This document shows, piece after piece, positions 9,676-17,582 of a stretch of 64,000 nucleotides of DNA; position 1 is the stretch's first letter, and every line of letters begins with the position of its first letter. A program made the position numbers and the translations under genes. The notes beneath the pieces are model-generated. The model saw nothing but the letters and a program-made list of their open reading frames with translations, was not told the origin of the DNA and did not search any database. This DNA comes from Tagaea sp. (lineage in GTDB: Bacteria; Pseudomonadota; Alphaproteobacteria; CACIAM-22H2). The stretch is from NCBI GenBank assembly GCA_965279525.1, contig CBDIIB010000004.1, positions 896,001 through 960,000 of the forward strand. The letters are read 5' to 3'.

Positions 9676-10581
9676 CTAGCCGATCCGGGTGCCCGCCGCC
9701 AGTCCCAGCACACCAGACTCGACCCGAGGGCCGTCCTCGAAGCTCCAGCGCAGCAGTTCCACGGCACCCTCGCCTGCCGCGACGACGGGCTGCGGCCCGT
9801 CCACGAGGACCGTCCCGGGTGAGGCGGAACCGGCCACGACTCGCGCGCGCCAGACGAACAGCCGGCGCCCGCCGGCGCCGCTGAACGCCCCCGGATAGGG
9901 CTCCGCGACCGCACGGACGAGGTTCACGACGCGCGCCGCGGGCCAGCTCCAGTCGATCCGCCCGTCCTCGGGCCGGCGACCGCCGAAATAGGTCGCGTGG
10001 CTCTCGTCCTGCGCCGTGCGCGGCGCCGTTCCCGCGAGAAGCCCGTCGATCTGTCGTGCAAGGACGACGCGGGCGGCGTCGACAACCCCAGTCATCGCCT
10101 CGTAGGCGGTCTGCTCGGGGGCTACGGAAACGGCCTCGGCATCAACGATGTCCCCGGCGTCCGCGCGCTTGACCATGTGATGGAGCGTGACGCCCACCTG
10201 CGTCTCGCCGTTGAGGATCGCCCAGTTGACCGGCGCGCGCCCCCGATAGCGGGGCAACAGGGAGCCATGCATGTTGAACGCGCCGAACTTCGCATGTGCA
10301 AGAATGCGCGACGGGATCATGCGCCGGTAGTAGCAGGAAAGAATGATATCCGGCGCGATCGCTGCGATGCGCGCTTCGACGGCGGGACCGTCCTTGATCT
10401 CGGCCGTGACAGTTTCCACACCGGCGGCACGCGCGCGCTGTGCGACCGAGCGGAACCACTTCGCTTCGCCCGGATCGTCTTCGTGCGTGACGACGAGACG
10501 CACGTCGCGCCCCTGCGAAAGCAGCAGATCGAGACACACGAAGCCGACGTCGGAATAGCCGAACAGGACGATGCCGGACAT
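9676..10581 (-). CDS. UDP-4-amino-4-deoxy-L-arabinose formyltransferase (ArnA N-terminal domain as a separate protein)
   Basis: FNMHGSLLPRYRGRAPVNWA, ADAGDI, GGRRPEDGRIDW, PYPGAF. Confidence 0.9.
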   Translation of the reverse strand: MSGIVLFGYSDVGFVCLDLLLSQGRDVRLVVTHEDDPGEAKWFRSVAQRARAAGVETVTAEIKDGPAVEARIAAIAPDIILSCYYRRMIPSRILAHAKFGAFNMHGSLLPRYRGRAPVNWAILNGETQVGVTLHHMVKRADAGDIVDAEAVSVAPEQTAYEAMTGVVDAARVVLARQIDGLLAGTAPRTAQDESHATYFGGRRPEDGRIDWSWPAARVVNLVRAVAEPYPGAFSGAGGRRLFVWRARVVAGSASPGTVLVDGPQPVVAAGEGAVELLRWSFEDGPRVESGVLGLAAGTRIG

Positions 10582-10588
10582 TCCGAGG

Positions 10589-11533
10589 CTACTCGGACTT
10601 TTCGTGGATGGCGCGGATCTGGAAGCGCGGCCGCTTGCGCACCTCGCGATAGATGCGCCCGACATACTCGCCCACGAGGCCAAGACCGGTGATGACGACC
10701 CCGACGAGGAAATAGAGGATCGCGAACAGAGTGAACAGGCCCTCGGCCTCGGGGCCGATGATTATCCGGCGAAGCACCATATAGACGACGAGAAGCACCG
10801 ACAGCGCCGTGATCAGCATGCCGACAATCGTGAAGATCTGCAGCGGCACGACCGAAAATCCGGTCATCAGGTCGAAATTGAGCCTGACGAGTTTGTAGAG
10901 ATCGTACTTGCTCTCGCCCGCCGCGCGCGCCGCATGCTCGACCTCGACTTCTGCCGGATTCGACGCGAAGTACTGCGCAAGTGCGGGAATGAATGTGGCC
11001 TGCTCGCCGGTCGCGACGATCTGCTGGACCACGCCACGCCGGTAGGCGCGCAGCATGCAGCCCTGGTCGGTCATGCGGATGCCGGTGATGCGCTCACGCA
11101 CGAAATTCATCGCCCGCGAGGCATAGACGCGCCAGCCGACATCCTGCCTGTTCTTTCGGATCGAGCCGACGACGTCGTGGCCGGCGTCGATCGCGGCAAG
11201 CAGCTTCGGGATTTCCTCGGGCGGGTTCTGCAGGTCTGCGTCGATCGTGATGACGGTATCGCCGCGAACCCGCTCGAACGCCGCCATGATGGCCATGTGC
11301 TGGCCCGCGTTGCGTTCGAATTCGATCACCCGCACCGCGTCGGGGCGGGCCACATGGAGCTCACGCAGGATCGCCATCGATCCGTCGCGGCTGCCGTCGT
11401 CGGTGAAGATCACTTCCCACGGCTTGCCGAGCGCATCGAGCGTCATGGCCAGCCGCGCGAACAGCGGCCGCAGATTTGCTTCTTCGTTGTAGACGGGTAC
11501 GACGATCGTGACGGCGGGAAGCGGGGTATTCAT
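10589..11533 (-). CDS. arnC: Undecaprenyl-phosphate sugar transferase (GT2, ArnC-like)
   Basis: PVYNEE, DDGSRD, RNAGQH, IDADLQNPPEEIP, two C-terminal TM helices. Confidence 0.9.
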   Translation of the reverse strand: MNTPLPAVTIVVPVYNEEANLRPLFARLAMTLDALGKPWEVIFTDDGSRDGSMAILRELHVARPDAVRVIEFERNAGQHMAIMAAFERVRGDTVITIDADLQNPPEEIPKLLAAIDAGHDVVGSIRKNRQDVGWRVYASRAMNFVRERITGIRMTDQGCMLRAYRRGVVQQIVATGEQATFIPALAQYFASNPAEVEVEHAARAAGESKYDLYKLVRLNFDLMTGFSVVPLQIFTIVGMLITALSVLLVVYMVLRRIIIGPEAEGLFTLFAILYFLVGVVITGLGLVGEYVGRIYREVRKRPRFQIRAIHEKSE

Positions 11534-11538
11534 GGGCC

Positions 11539-11907
11539 TCAGGTGCGCGAAAGGAGCCAGACGCCGAAACATATCACGGCAATGCCCGCGATCCGCGTCG
11601 GCGTCAAGTTCTCGCCGAACAGCCACCAGGCCGCGAGCGCGTTGACGACGTAGCCGATCGAAAGCATCGGATAGGCGAGACTGACCTCGACGCGCGACAG
11701 CACCAGAATCCAGACTCCGACGCTGACGACATAGCAGAGCAGGCCGAGCGCCACGAACGGGTTGGTGCCGACCTGCCAGCCGATCGGCAGGGCATTGGCG
11801 AGCGCGAATTCGAACTCGCCAATCTGGCGCATGCCCTGTTTCAAGGCGAGCTGCGCGACCGCGTTCAGCAGCACTCCAAACAGTATTATCGGCAAGTACT
11901 GAAGCAT
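11539..11907 (-). CDS. ArnE/ArnF (ArnG-like) undecaprenyl-P-sugar flippase, SMR/EamA type
   Basis: About 122 aa, four TM segments, AQLALKQG, WILVLSRVEVSLAYPMLS. Confidence 0.85.
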   Translation of the reverse strand: MLQYLPIILFGVLLNAVAQLALKQGMRQIGEFEFALANALPIGWQVGTNPFVALGLLCYVVSVGVWILVLSRVEVSLAYPMLSIGYVVNALAAWWLFGENLTPTRIAGIAVICFGVWLLSRT

Positions 11908-11914
11908 CCGGCCC

Positions 11915-13633
11915 CTACTCCACCCGGTTGGTCGCAAGCACGTGGCGGGACGTGCGGGCGATCTCGCGATAGCGCGGCACCGCAGTCGGCCGGACCGTCG
12001 CTTCGAAATGCAGCGGGATGATCATATAGACCGTCCCTTCGCCGTGCCAGCGCCGCCAGAGTTCGGCTTCGTCGTCAAACATCCATGCTTGCGTCGCCGG
12101 TTCTATCTGCCGGCCAAAATCGAGCTCGCCGGACCAACCGACCACCGAGATTCGCCGGTTGAGATAGACCGGAAGGTCCTGCGGATATGTGCGATAGGCG
12201 ATGATCTCGTCGCCTGGCGCAATGCGCGACGCGATCTCCCGTGCCAGAGGCTTTATCGACCGCGGCTGGAACTGTGCCATCGATGTGTCGACACCTTGGA
12301 AGAAGGTGGCGGCAGCCACTACAGCGACCAGGAAGGCCAGGCCCGGACCGCGCCTGCGCAGCGCCCAGGCAATCGAGAAAGCCGCGACAGTCGCACCCAG
12401 ACAGAGCCATCCCATCATCGGGCGCGCGCGTTCGATCTCATCCGTCAAATCGGCCGGGGCCAGGCGTGCGCCGGCAATGCCGACGACGAGCGCTACGAGT
12501 GCGACCAGTGCTGCAGCACCTGCCACGACCCACAAACCGATCTGCAGGCCAGGCCATTCGGCCGGTGCCTCGAACGCCAGAGAAAGGTACCGGCCGATGA
12601 AGATCGCCAGTGGAATCATCATTGGCGTCACGTATGGCACCAGCTTGGAATCTGACGCGGAGAAGAACAGCAGAATCAGCCAGAACCAGAGCGCCAGGAA
12701 CAGCTCCGCCTGCCCGTCCGGCGTACGCGACAGGATCCGCTGGATATTGCGCCACAGCGCCTGAAACAGAAATCCGATCCACGGGAAGACGCCGGCAGTG
12801 AGGATCGCCACGAAGAACCACCATGGCTGCGCACGACCATGCACGGTCGACGTGAAGCGGTCCCAGTGCTCGCGTATGAAATAGAAATGGAAAAACTCCG
12901 GTGTCTGCATCCCGACGGCGATATGCCATGGCACCGTGATCACCAGGAACAGCGCAAGTCCCGACAGCAGCCGGACTTCGAGGAGCAGCCGCCAGTTCCA
13001 GGTCAACACGATCCACGCGCCGATGACGAGGCCCGGAAGGACGACGCCGATCAGGCCCTTCGTCAAGGTGGCCGCAGCCGCCGCGATATACATCGTGTAG
13101 AGCCACGCGTTCCGTGCGCGGCTGCCGAACGGCTCGCGGACCGCGAACAGGAAGGCGAGCAGACTGAGCGACAGGAACACGCCGACGGGAACGTCGAGCA
13201 GGATGATGCGCGAAAGCGTGAACCAGATCAGCGTCGTCGCCAAAACGATCGCTGCCAGAATCCCCGTCATCCGGTCGAACAGCTTGCGACCGGCGACATA
13301 CGCGAGCAGGCAGCCCGCAAGCGCGAACAGCGACGTCGTCAGACGCAGCGCGAACTCCGACAGTCCGAACGCATGGATCGACAGTGCCTCGATCCAATAG
13401 AACAAAGGGGGTTTGAAGAAATACTTGATGCCGTTGATACGCGGCGTGATCCAGTCGCCGCTGGCGACGATTTCGCGAGCGAGTTCGGCGTACCTGGCTT
13501 CGCTCGGCACTGCCAACGGCCGATGGCCGAGAAACAGCAGGAAAAACCCGCCGATGACGGCCGTCAGGACCGCCAGATCGCGGATCCAGGCGGCACGCGC
13601 TTGCGCAGGGTCGGTGGAATGAGCGAAAAGCAT
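11915..13633 (-). CDS. arnT: Lipid A 4-amino-4-deoxy-L-arabinose transferase-like (GT-C)
   Basis: EARYAELARE, YFFKPPLFYW, LTKG, SKLVPY; multi-TM with periplasmic C-terminal domain. Confidence 0.88.
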   Translation of the reverse strand: MLFAHSTDPAQARAAWIRDLAVLTAVIGGFFLLFLGHRPLAVPSEARYAELAREIVASGDWITPRINGIKYFFKPPLFYWIEALSIHAFGLSEFALRLTTSLFALAGCLLAYVAGRKLFDRMTGILAAIVLATTLIWFTLSRIILLDVPVGVFLSLSLLAFLFAVREPFGSRARNAWLYTMYIAAAAATLTKGLIGVVLPGLVIGAWIVLTWNWRLLLEVRLLSGLALFLVITVPWHIAVGMQTPEFFHFYFIREHWDRFTSTVHGRAQPWWFFVAILTAGVFPWIGFLFQALWRNIQRILSRTPDGQAELFLALWFWLILLFFSASDSKLVPYVTPMMIPLAIFIGRYLSLAFEAPAEWPGLQIGLWVVAGAAALVALVALVVGIAGARLAPADLTDEIERARPMMGWLCLGATVAAFSIAWALRRRGPGLAFLVAVVAAATFFQGVDTSMAQFQPRSIKPLAREIASRIAPGDEIIAYRTYPQDLPVYLNRRISVVGWSGELDFGRQIEPATQAWMFDDEAELWRRWHGEGTVYMIIPLHFEATVRPTAVPRYREIARTSRHVLATNRVE

Positions 13634-13703
13634 GAGGTCTTGGGGCGTTTAACCGCCCCCTCCGAGTACTTCAACCGATTTCTTCAGCCGGTGACACCTG
13701 ACC

Positions 13704-14231
13704 ATGTCCCTCGTCCCCAAGGAAACCCTCCATTCCGCCGCCGAGATCGCCGCCCGCGTTGAAGCTCTTGCGGGCGAGATCGCCGTCGCCCTGCCACGCG
13801 AGTTTACGATCATCTCGATCCTAAATGGCGCTTTTGTGTTCACGGCCGATCTGATGCGTGCGCTTGCCAAGCGCAATGTCCATCCGAAGGTCGAGTTCGT
13901 GAACCTGAAGAGCTATGGGGACGCGACGACGAGCTCGGGACAGGTCCGGGTGACCGGTACATTGCCTGAGGATCTGCGAGGCCAGCCGGTCCTCCTGATC
14001 GACGACATCCTCGACTCGGGACGTACACTCAGTTTCGCCAAGTCGCTGCTCGAGGGTCTCGGCGGATCGCCCGTGAAGATCGCGGTCTTCGCCGACAAGC
14101 CGTCGCGCCGCGTCGTGCCGATCAATGCCGATTTCGTCGCCTTCACGATTCCGGACCGCTTCGTCGTCGGCTACGGGCTCGATCATGCCCAACAATGGCG
14201 GGGACTTCCCGATCTCGCGGCGGTCGACTAG
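13704..14231 (+). CDS. hpt: Hypoxanthine(-guanine) phosphoribosyltransferase
   Basis: LNGAFVFTADL, SYG, LLIDDILDSGRTL, FVVGYGLD. Confidence 0.9.
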   Translation: MSLVPKETLHSAAEIAARVEALAGEIAVALPREFTIISILNGAFVFTADLMRALAKRNVHPKVEFVNLKSYGDATTSSGQVRVTGTLPEDLRGQPVLLIDDILDSGRTLSFAKSLLEGLGGSPVKIAVFADKPSRRVVPINADFVAFTIPDRFVVGYGLDHAQQWRGLPDLAAVD

Positions 14232-15136
14232 CGCCGGAACAACGCCAGAACGCGCCCGTCGACGATCGCAAGGCCGACAGCGATCATCGCGAAGCCGGCG
14301 AGCGCGACGGGCTCCGGACGCTCGTCGAGGAACAGGCTTCCAAGCAACATGGCGCTTGGCGGGATCAGCATCGTGACGAGCGAAGCATTGCCCGCCCCAG
14401 AGCGCTGCATAAGCCGGAAATAGACAAGATAGGCGAATGCCGTGGAGAACAGCGCCAGAGCGAGTATTGCGGCGACCGTCGCATGACCTGGCATCGGCAG
14501 CGACCAAGGCCGATCGACAAGACAGGCAAGCACCACGGCAGCCGGTGCAGCACAGATGAACTGCCCGCTCGCGACCACGCTGCCGTCCATTCCCCGGAAT
14601 CGACGCGCCCAAATCAATGCGAACCCATAGCTGATCGTCGCGAGAACGCATGCGAGTTGCGAAAGGACGGATATGCCGATGCCCGCAAGGGCTTCCGGGC
14701 CGACAAGGACGACAACTCCGGCAAAGCCGATCAGCACGCCCGTCGAGCGCCTGACGTTCATCCGCTCGTCGGTTGTCAGGAAATGCGCGAGCATGATCGT
14801 CCAAAGCGGCGTCGCCGCATTCAGGATCGCCGCTAGCCCCGCCGATATCTCGCGCTGCCCCCAGGCAATCAGCACGAACGGGACAAGTGTGTTGAGCAAC
14901 GCCAGTAAGCCGAACCCCCGCCAGAGCGCCGGATCGCGTGGCAGTGCCAGTCCCTTCAGCCGGAGTATGACGACCAGGAACGCGCCGCCGATCACGACCC
15001 GCAAAGCGACGATGGTTACCGGCGGCAACTCGGCGAGTGCAACCTTCACATAGAGAAACGAACCTCCCCAAAGCACCGAGAGAACAAGCAGCATCGCCCA
15101 TGCCGCTGCGTCGAGTTTGGGAGGCATATTGTCCAT
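14228..15136 (-). CDS. DMT/EamA-family transporter
   Basis: Ten hydrophobic segments in two EamA repeats, LWGGSF. Confidence 0.85.
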   Translation of the reverse strand: MDNMPPKLDAAAWAMLLVLSVLWGGSFLYVKVALAELPPVTIVALRVVIGGAFLVVILRLKGLALPRDPALWRGFGLLALLNTLVPFVLIAWGQREISAGLAAILNAATPLWTIMLAHFLTTDERMNVRRSTGVLIGFAGVVVLVGPEALAGIGISVLSQLACVLATISYGFALIWARRFRGMDGSVVASGQFICAAPAAVVLACLVDRPWSLPMPGHATVAAILALALFSTAFAYLVYFRLMQRSGAGNASLVTMLIPPSAMLLGSLFLDERPEPVALAGFAMIAVGLAIVDGRVLALFRR

Positions 15137-15201
15137 CGATCACATGCTATCGGCCGACAGGCCCCCTGCCCACCCGATACTTGCGCCGAGACATTGATGG
15201 T

Positions 15202-15570
15202 TCAGTCGACGACGATGCCGCGTCGCGCGACCGCCTCCCGGAACTCCGAGAGCAATCCGGCAAGCTCCGCGATCACATCCGGATCGTGACGATATCCGCC
15301 GCTCTCGATCGTCTCCTCGAGGCTGGCGGCACGCTTGGCCAGTGCGCGTGCACCAAAGCTAGCGGCAGCGCTCTTGAGCGAGTGAACCTCTCGATGGAGC
15401 TGTCCGCCTTCGCCGCCAGCCGCACCTTCCTGCGAAAGTCGAGAGAAGGCGCCCAGCCGCTTTTCCGCCTCGCCATAGAAGGTCTTCAAGAGGCGCGGGA
15501 GTACGGACGCGCCAATCTCCTCGGTCAGTTGATCGAGACTTGACCAGTCGATCGGCGAGTTCAGCGACAC
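15202..15570 (-). CDS. Stand-alone Hpt (histidine phosphotransfer) domain protein
   Basis: GTG at 15570 after AGGAGG; HREVHSLKSAAASFGA matches the HxLKG/S-x-x-x-x-x-G phospho-His motif. Confidence 0.8.
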   Translation of the reverse strand: MSLNSPIDWSSLDQLTEEIGASVLPRLLKTFYGEAEKRLGAFSRLSQEGAAGGEGGQLHREVHSLKSAAASFGARALAKRAASLEETIESGGYRHDPDVIAELAGLLSEFREAVARRGIVVD

Positions 15571-15578
15571 GCCGCCTC

Positions 15579-16787
15579 CTACCGGGCGGCCGCGGCGACC
15601 GGCTTGGCGGCAGACTCCGCGAGATAGTCCATCGCCGCCTGAGCGCCGCCCTTCCGATGGGGAACGCCAGCGAGGGAAAGTCCCATCTCGACACCCGAAA
15701 GCGTTCCCATCAGCATCAGATCGTTGAAGCTGCCGAGATGACCGATGCGGAAGACCTTTCCGGCAACCTTGGACAGGCCGGCTCCGAGCGACATGTCGAA
15801 CGCACCGAGGACAAGCTTGCGGAAGCGGTCGGCGTCGTGGCCGGCCGGCATCAGCAGTGCGGTGAGGGCGCTGGAATATTCCCTCGGCTCGAGGCACAGG
15901 ATTTCGAGCCCCCAAGCACGCGCGGCACGGCGGGTCGCTTCCGCGTGGCGGTCATGGCGCTTGAAAACTTGATCGAGACCTTCCTCGCTCATCATGTCGA
16001 GCGCCTCGGAAAGTCCATAAAGCAGGTTCGTCGCCGGCGTGTAGGGGAAGTAGCCGGTCGCATTCGAAGCGATCATCTCGTCCCAACCCCAGAAGGAGCG
16101 TGTCAGTTTCGCCGTTCTGGTGGCCTCGAGCGCCTTGGCGGACACGGCATTGAACGACAGGCCGGGCGGCAACATCAGCCCCTTCTGCGATCCGGCAACG
16201 GTCACGTCCACGCCCCAGTCGTCATGACGGTAGTCAATCGATCCAAGGGAGGAAATCGTGTCGACCATCAACAGGGCTGGATGCTTGGCACGATCCATCG
16301 CGGCCCGGATCTCACCGACGCGCGTCGTGCAGCCAGTCGACGTCTCGTTATGGACAATCAGTACGGCCTTCACCTGGTGCCCCCTGTCGGCGGCCAATTT
16401 GGCCTCGACGGCGGCCGGATCGACACCGTGACGCCAATCGCCTTCGACGAAGTCGACCGCAAGCCCGAGTTTCTCGGCCATCTTGCGCCACAACGTGGCG
16501 AAGTGGCCGGTCTCGAACATCAGAACCTTGTCACCGGGTGAAAGCGTGTTGACGAGGGCCGCTTCCCAGGCGCCGGTCCCCGATGCCGGAAAGATGATCA
16601 CGTGGCTTTTGGTCTTGAAGATCGCCTTCATTCCGGCAAGCACCTTCTTGCCAAGTTCGCCGAACTCCGGTCCCCGATGGTCGATCGTCGGATTGTCGAT
16701 CGCGCGCAGGACACGATCGGGGACGTTCGTGGGACCCGGAATCTGCAGGAAATGACGGCCGCTTGGGGCGAAGCTCAGCTTCAGCAT
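15579..16787 (-). CDS. Class V PLP aminotransferase (serine/alanine-glyoxylate aminotransferase-like)
   Basis: GRHFLQIPGPTNVP, VHNETSTG, VDTISSL, GSQKGLMLPPG, FRIGHLG; start MLKLSF after GAGGAG. Confidence 0.9.
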   Translation of the reverse strand: MLKLSFAPSGRHFLQIPGPTNVPDRVLRAIDNPTIDHRGPEFGELGKKVLAGMKAIFKTKSHVIIFPASGTGAWEAALVNTLSPGDKVLMFETGHFATLWRKMAEKLGLAVDFVEGDWRHGVDPAAVEAKLAADRGHQVKAVLIVHNETSTGCTTRVGEIRAAMDRAKHPALLMVDTISSLGSIDYRHDDWGVDVTVAGSQKGLMLPPGLSFNAVSAKALEATRTAKLTRSFWGWDEMIASNATGYFPYTPATNLLYGLSEALDMMSEEGLDQVFKRHDRHAEATRRAARAWGLEILCLEPREYSSALTALLMPAGHDADRFRKLVLGAFDMSLGAGLSKVAGKVFRIGHLGSFNDLMLMGTLSGVEMGLSLAGVPHRKGGAQAAMDYLAESAAKPVAAAAR

Positions 16788-16810
16788 AGGGCGCTCCTCG
16801 TTTTGTGAGT

Positions 16811-16874
16811 TTGGTATACAATTTAAAAATAGCGCCGTCAATAGTCGTGACTTCGCCATTTTTCTTGTATACCA
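16811..16874. promoter_or_regulatory. Two GntR/FadR-type operator boxes in the divergent promoter
   Basis: TTGGTATACAA (16811-16821) and TTGTATACCA (16865-16874) are the same near-palindrome in opposite orientation, in an AT-rich gap next to a GntR gene. Confidence 0.7.
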
Positions 16875-16881
16875 TGTTTTT

Positions 16882-17568
16882 ATGCCAGACGATTCAAGGC
16901 CCGCCGAGCGCATGACCCTGCCGCAAAACGCGGCCGAGCGCTTGCGCCAAATGATTCTGGATGGCGATCTTGCTCCCGCCGTGCGCCTCAACGAGCGCGT
17001 CCTGTGCGACCGGCTTGGCATCTCACGTACGCCTCTGCGTGAAGCACTGCGCGCCCTGGCGGCCGAAGGGCTGGTGCGCATCGAGCCCAACCGCGGCGCC
17101 ATTGTCGCCCCGCTCGATCGCGCGGACATCGAAAGCACGTTCGAGGTGCTCGCCGCACTCGAAGGACTTGCCGGCGAACTCGCCGCGACGCGCATCACCG
17201 AATTCGAACTCGCCGAGATCAAGGCGTTGCATTACGAGATGCGCGCACACCATGCGCGCGGCGATCGCGCGGCCTATTTCGCTGCCAATCAGGCGATCCA
17301 CACGCGCATCGCCCGCGCTGGCGGCAACAGCGTGCTCGGCGAGACGTTCGAGAAACTGAACGCGCGCGTCAAGCGCGTACGTTACGCCGCCAATCTGTCG
17401 CCCCAGCGTTGGGACAAGGCAGTTGACGAGCACGAGCGCATGATCGCCGCCCTCGATGCGCGCGATGGCGCTGCACTGCGCGACATTCTCGAAGCCCATC
17501 TTGCCGGCAAGCGTGAATCCGTCCTTGCGGCATTTGCATCGGATACACGCGCCGAAGCCTACGACTGA
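16882..17568 (+). CDS. GntR-family (FCD) transcriptional regulator
   Basis: RLNERVLCDRLGISRTPLREAL wHTH; FCD C-terminal domain. Confidence 0.9.
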   Translation: MPDDSRPAERMTLPQNAAERLRQMILDGDLAPAVRLNERVLCDRLGISRTPLREALRALAAEGLVRIEPNRGAIVAPLDRADIESTFEVLAALEGLAGELAATRITEFELAEIKALHYEMRAHHARGDRAAYFAANQAIHTRIARAGGNSVLGETFEKLNARVKRVRYAANLSPQRWDKAVDEHERMIAALDARDGAALRDILEAHLAGKRESVLAAFASDTRAEAYD

Positions 17569-17582
17569 CCGGAGACAATCCC

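Noticed and set aside
15579-17222. 547-aa version of the aminotransferase from the ORF track
   Set aside because: The extension overlaps the divergent GntR gene and its operators; the real start is 16787 with a good RBS
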